From Candidatus Nanopelagicales bacterium (GTDB lineage Bacteria; Actinomycetota; Actinomycetes; S36-B12), in NCBI GenBank assembly GCA_030726915.1, contig JANRCR010000040.1, positions 49,897-113,896 of the forward strand: DNA of 64,000 bases, written 5' to 3'. How positions within the stretch are numbered: the stretch's first letter is position 1; the number at the start of each line of letters is the position of its first letter. Made by a program: the position numbers and the translations under genes. This document shows positions 18,238-28,183 of this stretch, one piece after another. The notes under the pieces were generated by a model. The model was not told the DNA's origin. It did no database searches and worked only from the letters and a program-made list of their open reading frames with translations.

Positions 18238-19758
18238 TTGCGCTTGAGCGTTCACCGAGTGATGGGGATCGAGACCGAGTACGGCATCGCCGTCCCGGGG
18301 CAACCACACGTCAACGCGATGGCTACCTCGTCGGCGGTTGTCACGTCCTACGCCGGAGGCGCTGTGGGGGACAGGCGCTCCCGGATCCGCTGGGATTTCG
18401 AGGAGGAGCATCCCCTGCGTGACGCTCGTGGTTATGACATGACACGAGCGGAGGCGGATCCCAGCCAATTAACGGACGAGGACATCGGTTTAGCCAATCT
18501 GATTCTGACGAACGGAGCACGCCTGTACGTCGACCACGCCCATCCGGAGTACAGCAGCCCAGAGATCACGAATCCTCGGGATGCTGTCCTGTGGGACCGC
18601 GCGGGGATGGAGATCATGGCGGATGCCGCGATGGCCGCGACCCAGGCGGGTCCGTTCACCATTCAGTTGTACAAAAACAATACGGATAACAAGGGCGCGT
18701 CCTACGGCTGTCATGAGAACTACCTGATGCGCAGGTCCACGCCCTTCAGCGACATCGTGCGGGACCTCACGCCGTTTTTCGTCACGCGTCAGGTGTTCAC
18801 CGGTGCCGGACGTGTGGGTCTGGGGCAGGAGGGCCGAGACGCCGGGTTCCAACTCTCCCAGCGAGCAGATTTCTTTGAGGTCGAGGTGGGGCTCGAAACG
18901 ACGCTGAAGCGTCCCATCATCAATACTCGGGATGAGCCCCACGCCGATCCCGAACGGCACCGGCGCCTCCACGTCATCGTGGGTGATGCCAACCTGGCGG
19001 AGGCGGCGACGTATCTCAAACTTGGTTCAACATCCCTGGTTTTGGCTCTCATCGAGTCTCAGGCGATGCCGGAGGGGTTGACGCTCGCCGACCCCGTCCG
19101 AGAGATCCACCAGGTGTCCCATGACCCCAGCCTCACCCATCTCCTCACGCTCAGCGATGGCCGGCGAATGACCGCGCTGGAGATTCAACGTATCTACCTT
19201 GATGCTGCCGTTGCCCTGTGTGAGCGGAATGCGATCGCCGGAGTCGACGCCCAGACCATGGACGTCCTGACGCGCTGGGATCGGGTGTTGGCGGATCTTG
19301 GTGAGGATCCGCGGCTGGCGGCCGATCGCGTGGATTGGGTGGCCAAGCGGGGTCTGCTGGACGCATACCGACGTCGGGACTCGCTGGAGTGGGATGCCGC
19401 GCGATTGGAATTGGTCGACCTCCAGTACGCCGATATCCGGCCCGACCGAGGGTTGGCCCTGCGCCTGGAAGCTTCGGGACGCCTGGAGCGGCTGACAACG
19501 CCCGCGGAGGTTGTGAGGGCACGGGAGTATCCTCCAGACGACACCCGGGCCTACTTCCGCGGTGAATGTGTACGGCGCTACGGTGACGCCGTTGCGGCAG
19601 CGTCCTGGGACTCGGTGATCTTCGATGTCCCCGGATACGATGCCCTGCAACGAGTGCCCACGCTCGAACCGGTCCGTGGGACCCGTGACCATGTGGGTGA
19701 CCTCCTGGACCGGTCAGCGAGTGCCGAGGACCTGCTATCGGCCCTGCGCGCCACCTGA
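18238..19758 (+). CDS. dop: Pup deamidase/depupylase Dop
   Basis: TTG at 18238 (alternatives GTG 18259 and ATG 18262). Motifs HRVMGIETEYG and [19 protein letters not shown] mark the Dop/PafA family, and the gene lies upstream of pup. Confidence 0.93.
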   Translation: MRLSVHRVMGIETEYGIAVPGQPHVNAMATSSAVVTSYAGGAVGDRRSRIRWDFEEEHPLRDARGYDMTRAEADPSQLTDEDIGLANLILTNGARLYVDHAHPEYSSPEITNPRDAVLWDRAGMEIMADAAMAATQAGPFTIQLYKNNTDNKGASYGCHENYLMRRSTPFSDIVRDLTPFFVTRQVFTGAGRVGLGQEGRDAGFQLSQRADFFEVEVGLETTLKRPIINTRDEPHADPERHRRLHVIVGDANLAEAATYLKLGSTSLVLALIESQAMPEGLTLADPVREIHQVSHDPSLTHLLTLSDGRRMTALEIQRIYLDAAVALCERNAIAGVDAQTMDVLTRWDRVLADLGEDPRLAADRVDWVAKRGLLDAYRRRDSLEWDAARLELVDLQYADIRPDRGLALRLEASGRLERLTTPAEVVRAREYPPDDTRAYFRGECVRRYGDAVAAASWDSVIFDVPGYDALQRVPTLEPVRGTRDHVGDLLDRSASAEDLLSALRAT

Positions 19759-19810
19759 CATCCCCCGTGACCTATGGGCACAGTCGTCAACTGCCGTCTA
19801 GGGTGGGGGG

Positions 19811-20002
19811 ATGAGCACACAGGACAGCCAGCGTCGGCCGGAGCGTTCAACGCCGACAGAATCCGAAGACGTCGTCCTGCCTGAACGTGCACACAGCGAC
19901 TTCGACTCCGATGTCGATGCGATCCTGGATGAGATCGACGAGGTCCTCGAGGAGAACGCAGAAGAATTCGTGAAGTCCTTCGTTCAAAAGGGCGGACAGT
20001 GA
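19811..20002 (+). CDS. pup: Prokaryotic ubiquitin-like protein Pup
   Basis: 63 aa acidic protein ending ...FVQKGGQ. A C-terminal Gln needs Dop deamidation. A G-rich RBS lies upstream. Confidence 0.96.
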   Translation: MSTQDSQRRPERSTPTESEDVVLPERAHSDFDSDVDAILDEIDEVLEENAEEFVKSFVQKGGQ

Positions 20003-20883
20003 TTCCAGATGGGCAGGGAGCGTTGGGTCGCGGTCTGCCAGCTCACTTCATGTCCCATGGATCCTCCTTCGCCGACTTCCTCGCACAGACGGGGCATTCG
20101 ATGACGAGTGAGATGAACGTGAACCGTGGGTCGACGTCGTCGCGTGACTACGCCTTGGAGGGCATGGCAGCAGTTCCGCATGGCACGACGATCGTCGCCC
20201 TCACCACCAGCGATGGCGTCGTTATGGCGGGGGATCGTCGAGCAACGATGGGCAACATCATCGCGCAGCGGGACATCGAAAAGGTTTTCGCGGCAGATGA
20301 GCACACGATCATCGGTATCGCTGGTGCCGCGGGAGTTGCCGTCGAGATGGTGCGGCTTTTCCAGGTCGAACTCGAACACTACGAAAAGATTGAGGGAGTA
20401 CCGCTCACGTTAGACGGCAAGGCGAATCGGCTGGCCACGCTCCTGCGCGGCAATCTCGGCATGGCAATGCAGGGACTCGCGGTCGTGCCGCTCTTTGCCG
20501 GCTACGACCTCGATGCCCACCGTGGCCGGATCTTTTCCTACGACGTGACGGGCGGGCGCTATGAGGAGCGGGATCACCATGCGGTGGGATCCGGTTCCAT
20601 GTTCGCGCGAGGGTCATTAAAGAAGCTCTACCGGCCCGGGCTGAGCAGCGACGACGCCATCATGGCTGCTGTCGAGGCTTTGTACGACGCTGCTGATGAT
20701 GACTCGGCCACCGGAGGCCCGGATCTGACACGTCGAATCTTCCCCAGCATCGCTGTCGCCGATGCAGACGGTGTGCGCATGTTGGCCGACGATGTTGTCG
20801 GTCCCGTGGTGCAGCGCGTGGTCGATGCTCGGCTGACGCAGCCGGACGGCCCCAGGGCTCACCTTCCCGGGGGGACCTCATGA
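19999..20883 (+). CDS. prcB: 20S proteasome beta subunit
   Basis: GTGA overlap with pup. A propeptide is followed by the active-site Thr in HG|TTIVALT. Confidence 0.95.
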   Translation: MIPDGQGALGRGLPAHFMSHGSSFADFLAQTGHSMTSEMNVNRGSTSSRDYALEGMAAVPHGTTIVALTTSDGVVMAGDRRATMGNIIAQRDIEKVFAADEHTIIGIAGAAGVAVEMVRLFQVELEHYEKIEGVPLTLDGKANRLATLLRGNLGMAMQGLAVVPLFAGYDLDAHRGRIFSYDVTGGRYEERDHHAVGSGSMFARGSLKKLYRPGLSSDDAIMAAVEALYDAADDDSATGGPDLTRRIFPSIAVADADGVRMLADDVVGPVVQRVVDARLTQPDGPRAHLPGGTS

Positions 20884-21644
20884 GCATGCCCTTCTACGTC
20901 TCGCCTGAGCAGATCATTAAGGACAAGGCGGATTACGCACGCAAGGGGATCGCCCGGGGACGCAGTGTCGTCGTCCTGCAATACGACGGTGGAATTCTTT
21001 TCGTCGCGGAGAATCCGTCCCGAGCGCTGCACAAGATCTCCGAGATCTACGACCGGATTGGATTTGCGGCCGTCGGCAAGTACAACGAATTCGAGAACCT
21101 TCGTGTTGCCGGCGTACGCCTGGCTGATATGCGCGGATATGCCTACGACCGCCGCGATGTCTCCGGTCGCAGCCTCGCTAACGCCTATGCCCAGACCCTG
21201 GGGTCGATTTTCACGGAGACAGCCAAGCCCTATGAGGTGGAGCTGGTGGTCGCTGAGGTCGGGGGTCAGGCGTCACAGGACCAGATCTACCGACTGACGT
21301 TCGATGGTTCCGTCGCGGATGAGCACGGCTATCTCGCCATGGGGGGTCAGGCTGACGCGATCGCCGAGGCTCTCGGCATCCGGTGGCGGCCAGGACTCGC
21401 GCTCCAGGAGGCCGTGCGAGCAGCGGTGGACGCACTTGCTGTCGGGTCGGCTGAGGCTCCCGGCCCGGACCAACTCGAGGCCGCCGTGCTCGAGCGAGAC
21501 CGTCCGCGACGGACGTTCCGCCGACTCGGCGCGGACCGCATGGCGCAGTTGTTGGGAGTGCCGGCCCCCGGGGAGCCCGCTCCCGGAGTGGCAGAATCCC
21601 CCGACGCTCCCGCGTCCTCAGAAGCCTCTCCCCAAGGGGAGTAG
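20880..21644 (+). CDS. prcA: 20S proteasome alpha subunit
   Basis: ATGA overlap with prcB. The N-terminus [24 protein letters not shown] is typical of PrcA. Confidence 0.95.
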   Translation: MSMPFYVSPEQIIKDKADYARKGIARGRSVVVLQYDGGILFVAENPSRALHKISEIYDRIGFAAVGKYNEFENLRVAGVRLADMRGYAYDRRDVSGRSLANAYAQTLGSIFTETAKPYEVELVVAEVGGQASQDQIYRLTFDGSVADEHGYLAMGGQADAIAEALGIRWRPGLALQEAVRAAVDALAVGSAEAPGPDQLEAAVLERDRPRRTFRRLGADRMAQLLGVPAPGEPAPGVAESPDAPASSEASPQGE

Positions 21645-21646
21645 TC

Positions 21647-23017
21647 GTGGATCGACGCATCTACGGCATCGAGACGGAGTACGGCATTACGTGCACCTTC
21701 CGTGGGCAGCGTCGACTGAGCCCTGATGAGGTTGCCCGCTACCTGTTCCGTCGTGTCGTGTCATGGGGGCGCAGCAGCAACGTGTTCCTTCGGAATGGTT
21801 CGCGACTGTATCTGGATGTGGGCAGCCATCCCGAGTACGCAACTGCTGAATGCGATGACGTTATTCAACTGATCACCCACGATCGTGCGGGTGAGCGCAT
21901 CCTCGAGGGTCTCCTCGTCGACGCCGAGACTCGCCTCCACGAGGAGGGCATCGCGGGCGATGTCTATTTGTTTAAAAACAACACCGACAGTGCCGGAAAC
22001 TCCTACGGATGTCACGAAAATTACCTCGTGGCGCGCCACGGCGAGTTCCAAAAGCTAGCCGATTCGTTTTTGCCCTTCCTGGTGTCGCGCCAGGTCATCT
22101 GCGGAGCCGGCAAGGTGCAGCAGACGCCGCGAGGCGCGGTCTATTGCATCAGTCAGCGGGCTGATCATATTTGGGAGGGCGTCTCGAGCGCGACGACGCG
22201 TAGTCGCCCCATCATCAACACCCGAGATGAGCCGCACGCGGACGCTGAGCGGTATCGACGCCTCCACGTGATCGTGGGCGACTCCAACATGAGCGAGACA
22301 ACCACCCTGCTCAAGGTGGCTTCGGCGGACCTTGTTCTGCGCATGCTCGAGGCGGGCGTGGTGTTACGAGATCTCACGCTCGAAAATCCCATTCGTGCCA
22401 TTCGCGAAATCAGTCACGATCCGACCGGCCAGCGCACGGTGCGACTGGCCAATGGGCGCGAACTCACAGGTCTGCAGATCCAGTCTGAGTTTTATGAGAA
22501 GGCACGGGACTTCGCGGATCGGCACGGGCTCGTGGATGACCCGGATAGCGTCCCCGCGCGATGTCTGAACCTTTGGGAGCGCACCCTAAAGGCCATCGAG
22601 ACGCAAGACTTCAGCGCAATCTCTGAGGACATCGACTGGGTCATCAAAATGACGATGATCGACCGCTACATGGCCAAGCACGGGATGTCACTGTCGGATC
22701 CGCGTATCGCGCAACTCGACCTGGCCTACCACGATGTGACGCGGTCGCGGGGACTGTTCTATCTGCTGGAGCGTCACGGCAAGGCGACTCGCGTGACACA
22801 CGAGCCGGCCGTCTTTGAGGCAAAATCAGTCCCCCCCCAAACGACGCGTGCCCGACTGCGCGGTGAGTTCATCCGACGTGCTCAGGAGCGCAAACGTGAC
22901 TTCACCGTTGACTGGGTCCACCTCAAACTCAATGACCAGGCTCAGCGCACCGTGCTCTGCAAGGATCCCTTCCTCAGCGTGGACGAGCGTGTCGAGAAGC
23001 TCATCGCCAGCATGTGA
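21647..23017 (+). CDS. pafA: Pup-protein ligase PafA
   Basis: The GTG at 21647 lies 2 nt after the prcA stop. Motifs [11 protein letters not shown] and [19 protein letters not shown]. It is a paralog of Dop. Confidence 0.95.
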   Translation: MDRRIYGIETEYGITCTFRGQRRLSPDEVARYLFRRVVSWGRSSNVFLRNGSRLYLDVGSHPEYATAECDDVIQLITHDRAGERILEGLLVDAETRLHEEGIAGDVYLFKNNTDSAGNSYGCHENYLVARHGEFQKLADSFLPFLVSRQVICGAGKVQQTPRGAVYCISQRADHIWEGVSSATTRSRPIINTRDEPHADAERYRRLHVIVGDSNMSETTTLLKVASADLVLRMLEAGVVLRDLTLENPIRAIREISHDPTGQRTVRLANGRELTGLQIQSEFYEKARDFADRHGLVDDPDSVPARCLNLWERTLKAIETQDFSAISEDIDWVIKMTMIDRYMAKHGMSLSDPRIAQLDLAYHDVTRSRGLFYLLERHGKATRVTHEPAVFEAKSVPPQTTRARLRGEFIRRAQERKRDFTVDWVHLKLNDQAQRTVLCKDPFLSVDERVEKLIASM

Positions 23018-23041
23018 CGGGGGGCCGTCTAGGCTGAGGGC

Positions 23042-23635
23042 ATGACAAAGATGCTCCCTGCCGTCGCGGTCGCTGTTGCTGCCCTCACCCTGTCCGCCTG
23101 CGGCGGTTCTGGCTCGGGGGGTGAGTCATCCGCATCCTCGTCTTCGGCGCCACCACAGGGCGCATGGAGTGTGAGCAACTGCGCGAGCCTTGATCCGCCC
23201 ACGACCGGTGCGCCCGTCCCCGCGGACGCCGTGGTGGAGGGAGAGGTGGCCACGACGGCGGACCTGTCGACAGCTCCCACGGTCGCTGTCCTTGAGGGTG
23301 CTGTGGCGATATCGAGCCTGGTGGTCTCCGATGTTGTCGCCGGATCCGGCGATGAGGTGCCAGCGGGCGCAACGGTCACCGTGGAGTACTGCGGTGTGGG
23401 ACTTGATTCTGGAGCCATTTTTGACTCGTCCTGGGCCCGGGGCACGCCAGCAACCTTCCCGCTCAGTGGAGTGATTCCGGGCTGGCAGGAGGGTATCCCG
23501 GGGATGACGCCGGGAAGCCGCCGTCTCCTGCTGATCCCCGCGGACCTCGCCTACGGCAATGCGCCACCTCCCGGTTCCGGAATTCTTCCGGGCGAGACAC
23601 TTGTTTTTGTCGTCGACCTTGTCTCCAGCCCCTAG
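23042..23635 (+). CDS. FKBP-type peptidyl-prolyl isomerase, lipoprotein
   Basis: The signal peptide carries the lipobox LTLSAC|GG, followed by a low-complexity linker. The C-terminal FKBP domain has GVIPGWQEGIPGM and LVFVVDLV. Confidence 0.85.
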   Translation: MTKMLPAVAVAVAALTLSACGGSGSGGESSASSSSAPPQGAWSVSNCASLDPPTTGAPVPADAVVEGEVATTADLSTAPTVAVLEGAVAISSLVVSDVVAGSGDEVPAGATVTVEYCGVGLDSGAIFDSSWARGTPATFPLSGVIPGWQEGIPGMTPGSRRLLLIPADLAYGNAPPPGSGILPGETLVFVVDLVSSP

Positions 23636-23699
23636 TCTGATCAGCCGTCAGCGATAGCGTTCTAACCGTCACGATGCCCCGTGGGGCGAGGAGGCACAG

Positions 23700-24059
23700 G
23701 TGAGTGAGAAGCCCGACATCGACTTCATTGAGGGACCGGCTCCGACCGAACTCGTCATCAGTGACCTGGTGGTGGGAGATGGCGCCGAGGCGGTCGCGGG
23801 AGCGACCGTCCTGGTCCATTACGTCGGAGTGGACTTCGAAACCGGTGACCAGTTTGACTCATCATGGGACCGGGGAGAGCCCATCAGTTTCCCCCTGGCA
23901 GGTTTGATTGCCGGGTGGCAGGACGGCATCCCGGGCATGTGTGTCGGTGGACGTCGACAATTGGTGATTCCTCCACGCCTGGCGTACGGCGAATCTGGCG
24001 GGCACCGACTTGCGGGTCGAACGCTCGTCTTCATCATCGACCTCCTTGCTGTGGACTGA
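23700..24059 (+). CDS. FKBP-type peptidyl-prolyl isomerase (cytoplasmic)
   Basis: 119 aa, GTG start. FKBP motifs VHYVGV, GLIAGWQDGIPGM and LVFIIDLL. Confidence 0.9.
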   Translation: MSEKPDIDFIEGPAPTELVISDLVVGDGAEAVAGATVLVHYVGVDFETGDQFDSSWDRGEPISFPLAGLIAGWQDGIPGMCVGGRRQLVIPPRLAYGESGGHRLAGRTLVFIIDLLAVD

Positions 24060-24067
24060 CCTGCGTC

Positions 24068-25009
24068 GTGGCGACGGATCGCACCGAGCGCCTTCTCAAC
24101 CTCGTGCTGTGCCTGCTGGGCACGCGTCATCCCGTCCCCAGGGGCACGCTCCAACACGCCATCCCGGGATACGCGGACGTGCCCAGTGAGGATGCGTTCG
24201 AGCGCATGTTCGAGCGGGATAAGGACGAGCTCCGCGGCATGGGGATCCCGGTCGAGACCGTCCTCAACAGTGCGGGTGAGGTCGAGGGGTATCTCATCTA
24301 CGAGGGTGCATACGGACTGCCAGACATCCGACTCGATGCGGCGGAGTTGGGCGTGTTGGGATTGGCAGCACGCATGTGGAGCGACGCGGTTGTGGGCTCC
24401 CACGCGGCCATGGCCCTGCGCAAACTCGAGGCCACATCGGACCATGTACTCGACGTTGACCCCCTCTTTGTTGGACAGTCCGCCCCCGGGGAGGGCCATC
24501 TTCCACCGTTGTGGGAGGCCATCAGGTCTCGAAGAGTCGTGCGGTTTGACTACCTCGGGCGAGGGCGTGATGTGACCGAAACACGCTTGGTGGAACCCTG
24601 GGCCACGGTGCGCTGGCAGGGTGCCTGGTACCTGGGCGGCCTCAGCCGCGAACGGTCGGAGCCTCGCGCATTCCGGCTGTCGCGTATCCAGGGCGCCGTC
24701 GCGATCCAGCGTGAGGTGTTCGCGTCCGTTGAGCACGACGACATCGTGGCCCTGGTGGCGCAACTATCCGACCCGCCACGATCGGGGACAGCGCTGGTGG
24801 TCCCACCGACGTCGGGGGGTGCTCACCTGCGGGCCCGTGCCACGTTTGTGGACGACACCACCTGGGCGATCGACTTCGCAGATGACGAGACCCTGATGAG
24901 CCATGTGCTCGAGGCGGGGGGCACCATCGTGGACCCACCTGACCTCACGTCACGGATGCGCGAGGCTCTCGTGCGGGTGTCCGAAGCACACGGTGAGACA
25001 CATGCGTGA
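24068..25009 (+). CDS. pafB: HTH/WYL-domain transcriptional regulator PafB
   Basis: Trimmed from ORF 23864..25009, which runs through the FKBP gene, to the GTG at 24068 (VATDRTERLLNLVLCLLG...). WYL motif GAWYLGG. The position after pafA is the conserved one. Confidence 0.85.
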   Translation: MATDRTERLLNLVLCLLGTRHPVPRGTLQHAIPGYADVPSEDAFERMFERDKDELRGMGIPVETVLNSAGEVEGYLIYEGAYGLPDIRLDAAELGVLGLAARMWSDAVVGSHAAMALRKLEATSDHVLDVDPLFVGQSAPGEGHLPPLWEAIRSRRVVRFDYLGRGRDVTETRLVEPWATVRWQGAWYLGGLSRERSEPRAFRLSRIQGAVAIQREVFASVEHDDIVALVAQLSDPPRSGTALVVPPTSGGAHLRARATFVDDTTWAIDFADDETLMSHVLEAGGTIVDPPDLTSRMREALVRVSEAHGETHA

Positions 25010-25946
25010 GACATCGTCCGCACGGCTCTCACGGCTGCTCTCCCTCATCCCATGGCTGGAACAGCACGACGGAGTGGCCATCTCCGAGGCTGCGCATCAC
25101 TTCGGTGTCACCCCGGCCGAGTTGGAGGCGGATCTTTGGCTCACCATCTGCTGTGGCCTGCCCGGACACGGGCCTGATCAACTCATCGACATCCAGTTCT
25201 GGGATGAGGATGGGCAGATACATGTCCAGGATGCGCAAAATCTTGACCGCCCGCTGCGCTTCACGGCGACCGAGTCCACCGCCCTGCTTGTGGGACTTCG
25301 ACTGCTGGCGCAGGTGCCCGGAGACCACGATCGTGCGGCGTTGGCGAGTGTGACGGCGAAGTTGGAGCAGGCAGGGGGTCAGGCCGAGGAATCCCACACC
25401 GTCCTCCTTGATGACGTTGATCACAGTGTTGTGGCTGATGTGATGACCGCTACGTCATCAGGCACCGTGGTGCGCATTCACTACGCCGGTGCCAGCCGTG
25501 ACGAGGTGACGGAGCGCGTGGTCGAACCCGGTGAGGTTGTCGAATACCAGGGTCGCCGCTATCTCATCGCCTGGTGTCGTGAGGCGCGTGCCCAGCGCAC
25601 CTTCCGACTCGATCGGATCCGCTCCATCGCGTTCTTGGACGAGTCGACCACGGCGGTCACCACGGTCCAATCCATCGCGCCTGACCGTGGCACGCGCGTG
25701 CGGATCCGGGTCCATCCGCGATCTCGATGGCTCCTCGAAAGCTTCGAGACGCACGATCTCACCCCCGGACTCGCCGGTGAGCACGATGCCACCGTGATGG
25801 TTGCGGATCCGGCGTGGCTCGTGCGTCTGGTCCTTGGGCAGGCCGGCGGGGTCGAGGTTGTGGATCCCCCCGAGATTCGGGCACGGGTGCGCTCAGCTGC
25901 TGAGGCCGCCCTGGCACGGCTGGATTCCATGGAATCCTGGGGCTGA
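25002..25946 (+). CDS. pafC: HTH/WYL-domain transcriptional regulator PafC
   Basis: The ATG at 25002 overlaps the pafB stop (ATGCGTGA). The product starts MRETSSARLSRLLSLIPWL and has a WYL-like RRYLIAWC. Confidence 0.85.
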   Translation: MRETSSARLSRLLSLIPWLEQHDGVAISEAAHHFGVTPAELEADLWLTICCGLPGHGPDQLIDIQFWDEDGQIHVQDAQNLDRPLRFTATESTALLVGLRLLAQVPGDHDRAALASVTAKLEQAGGQAEESHTVLLDDVDHSVVADVMTATSSGTVVRIHYAGASRDEVTERVVEPGEVVEYQGRRYLIAWCREARAQRTFRLDRIRSIAFLDESTTAVTTVQSIAPDRGTRVRIRVHPRSRWLLESFETHDLTPGLAGEHDATVMVADPAWLVRLVLGQAGGVEVVDPPEIRARVRSAAEAALARLDSMESWG

Positions 25947-26064
25947 ATCCTGAGGCGCTGGGTGCTGACCTCGCCCATGCACTGGGTGTCCTGGCCTGAA
26001 GAGGGTTACCATGGGCCAACGCCACGATCCATGGGACGACCCAAGCGACGAAAGGTGCCGTGAC

Positions 26065-26343
26065 ATGCCGTTCAATCTGCGGGGGCCCGAGCTCCTCGTT
26101 CTCGTTCTCATCATCCTGCTTCTCTTTGGCGCCAAGCGTCTGCCCGATGTCGCCCGAGGAATGGGCCGTTCCCTGCGCGTGTTTAAGGCCGAGACCAAGG
26201 ACCTTCACGCTGAGGGTGACGATGGCCCCGAGGCAGTGGCAGCGGCTGATGCTCCAGCCGCGGTAGAAGCTCCCACCGCGGTGGATGCTCCAGCGCCTGT
26301 GGATGCCCCCACATCGGTGCCGCCTAAGCGCACCGAGAGCTGA
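26065..26343 (+). CDS. tatA: Twin-arginine translocase subunit TatA
   Basis: Trimmed from ORF 26011..26343 to the ATG at 26065. MPFNLRGPELLVLVLIILLLFGAKRLPDVARGMGRSLRVFK is the canonical TatA TM plus amphipathic helix. Confidence 0.92.
   Translation: MPFNLRGPELLVLVLIILLLFGAKRLPDVARGMGRSLRVFKAETKDLHAEGDDGPEAVAAADAPAAVEAPTAVDAPAPVDAPTSVPPKRTES
26248..26319 (+). repeat. Four in-frame 18-bp repeats encoding (D/E)APxxV hexapeptides in the TatA C-terminal tail
   Basis: Read directly. The units are DAPAAV (26248), EAPTAV (26266), DAPAPV (26284) and DAPTSV (26302). Confidence 0.75.
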
Positions 26344-26346
26344 ACC

Positions 26347-27273
26347 TTGGCCGCACCACCGGAGGCGAGCCCTCGTAAACGTCGCCGGGAGACTTCGAAA
26401 GAAGCGGCGATGCCGCTCGTGGAGCATTTGCGCGAATTGCGGGGGAGGTTGGTCAAGGCGGGACTGGCCATCCTGGCGGGGATGGTCGTGGGGTGGATCT
26501 ACTACACCGCGATATTCAACTGGCTGTCAGCACCCTTCGAGGCAGTTGTCGAACAGGCCAGGTCCGAGGGGCGCGAGATCACCCTTGCCCTGACCGGTGT
26601 TGCCGATCCCTTTGTCCTCCAGCTTCAGGTCTCCGCCGTCACGGGGCTTCTCCTGGCATCTCCGATATGGCTGTATCAGTTGTGGCGCTTCGTGACTCCC
26701 GGCCTGCGGCGCAACGAGCGTCGGTGGGCCATTGGGTTTGTCATGGTGGCTGTGCCGCTGTTCGCCAGCGGAGTGTTCCTCGCCTACACCGTCTTGCCCT
26801 ACGGCCTGGAAATCCTCTTCGGTTTCACCCCCCAAAACGTAGAAAACATCGTCGCCGTTGACAGATACCTGTCGTTCTTTATCCGCATGGTCATCGTCTT
26901 TGGCGTGGGTTTCATCGCACCTCTGCTCCTTGTGCTCCTCAACTTCGCCGGTGTTCTGACGGGTAAGCGCCTGATGTCATGGTGGCGCTGGATCATCTTC
27001 GGCACCTTCATCTTCGCTGCGGTGGCCACCCCGACCGGTGACCCGATCAACATGATGCTCCTCGCAGGGCCGATCATGCTGCTGATGGCGATAGCCATCG
27101 GGGTGTGCCTCGGCAATGATCGTCGTCGTGCTCGGCGGCGGCGTGGGGAGCCCGATTACAGCGAGTGGGATGACGATGAGGCATCCCCCCTTGATACGTC
27201 CGCGCAGGTCGTCGATGGTGACGTAGACGTTGATGCCCCCGAGCATGGGGACACCCGGACTGATCAGAGCTGA
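26347..27273 (+). CDS. tatC: Twin-arginine translocase subunit TatC
   Basis: The TTG at 26347 lies 3 nt after the tatA stop (alternative ATG at 26410). The basic N-terminal extension followed by MPLVEHLRELRGRL resembles mycobacterial TatC. The protein is polytopic. Confidence 0.9.
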   Translation: MAAPPEASPRKRRRETSKEAAMPLVEHLRELRGRLVKAGLAILAGMVVGWIYYTAIFNWLSAPFEAVVEQARSEGREITLALTGVADPFVLQLQVSAVTGLLLASPIWLYQLWRFVTPGLRRNERRWAIGFVMVAVPLFASGVFLAYTVLPYGLEILFGFTPQNVENIVAVDRYLSFFIRMVIVFGVGFIAPLLLVLLNFAGVLTGKRLMSWWRWIIFGTFIFAAVATPTGDPINMMLLAGPIMLLMAIAIGVCLGNDRRRARRRRGEPDYSEWDDDEASPLDTSAQVVDGDVDVDAPEHGDTRTDQS

Positions 27274-27277
27274 GCCC

Positions 27278-28174
27278 GTGCGCATCACCCTCGTGGTCAA
27301 TCCCGCCTCAGGCCGTGGGCGGGCACAGCGCATCGTACCCGCGGTTGTCCAGGCACTCCACCGCCGTGGTATTCATGCCGAGATTGTGCTCACCCATCAT
27401 GGCGACGAGGTACGCAGCGTGGTGCGACGTGAGCGCGATAGCGGGGCAGCGCGGGTTCTGGTGTGCGGCGGAGATGGCACCTTGCATCTCGCCATCCAGG
27501 AGTTGGCGTGGGGTACGACGGCCCTGGGGATCATCCCCGCCGGCACGGGCGACGACAACGCGCGCACCCTGGGGATCCCGCGGGGCAATCCAGAAGCAGC
27601 CGCCATCTTGGCGGCCACGGGTGATGTGGAGACCATTGACCTCGGGGGAGTGCGACTTGCGGACGGCACGCAACGCTATTTCCTGGGCGTCATGTCAACG
27701 GGTTTCGATTCACTCGTCAATGAGCGCGCCAACCGGATGCGGTGGCCGCACGGCAGCGCCCGCTACCTCGTGGCCACCCTGGGTGAACTCCGGACCTTCC
27801 GCCCGGTTCCCTACCGGGCGATCCTCGATGGGGAGGACGTCCATGCCGAGGCCATGCTCGTGGCTATCGGCAATGGTGCTTCATACGGCGGCGGCATGAA
27901 AATCTGTCCCGGTGCTGATCCCCACGATGGACTCCTGGAGATCACCTGGATCCACGGGGTCAAGACCCGCACCTTCCTGCGGGTCTTTCCGAAGGTCTTC
28001 AGCGGCGGTCATGTCACGTCGCCCTACGTGATGACACGGCGGGTGCGATCGGCGCACTTGGATGCGCCAGGTCAGTTGGCCTATGCGGATGGGGAGCGGG
28101 TCGGCCCCCTGCCACTGGAGGTGTCCGTCGAGGTGGAGGCACTGCCTGTCGTGCGCGGAGACACGCCCGCGTAG
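27278..28174 (+). CDS. Diacylglycerol/lipid kinase family protein
   Basis: ORF 27230..28174. The GTG at 27278 lies just after the tatC stop (VRITLVVNPASGRGRA). GGDGTLH motif present. Confidence 0.85.
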   Translation: MRITLVVNPASGRGRAQRIVPAVVQALHRRGIHAEIVLTHHGDEVRSVVRRERDSGAARVLVCGGDGTLHLAIQELAWGTTALGIIPAGTGDDNARTLGIPRGNPEAAAILAATGDVETIDLGGVRLADGTQRYFLGVMSTGFDSLVNERANRMRWPHGSARYLVATLGELRTFRPVPYRAILDGEDVHAEAMLVAIGNGASYGGGMKICPGADPHDGLLEITWIHGVKTRTFLRVFPKVFSGGHVTSPYVMTRRVRSAHLDAPGQLAYADGERVGPLPLEVSVEVEALPVVRGDTPA

Positions 28175-28183
28175 CCTGTCAAC

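Noticed and set aside
23864-25009. Long 5' extensions of several real genes in the ORF track (23864-25009 pafB, 24903-25946 pafC, 45562-46362 nuclease, 49040-50605 lipoprotein, 50245-51414 TrmH, 53976-55295 serB, 41733-44723 gcvP)
   Set aside because: In each case the extension overlaps the preceding gene or the riboswitch and has Arg/Pro/Gly-rich low-complexity composition. An internal start reproduces the homolog N-terminus and/or a 4-nt start/stop overlap.
25947-26064. 118-nt pafC-tatA spacer as a possible small RNA or regulatory element (two CCATGGG repeats)
   Set aside because: It contains only two short CCATGG palindromes with no convincing stem-loops, no conserved riboswitch core and no ORF. 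It is most simply the tatA promoter and leader.
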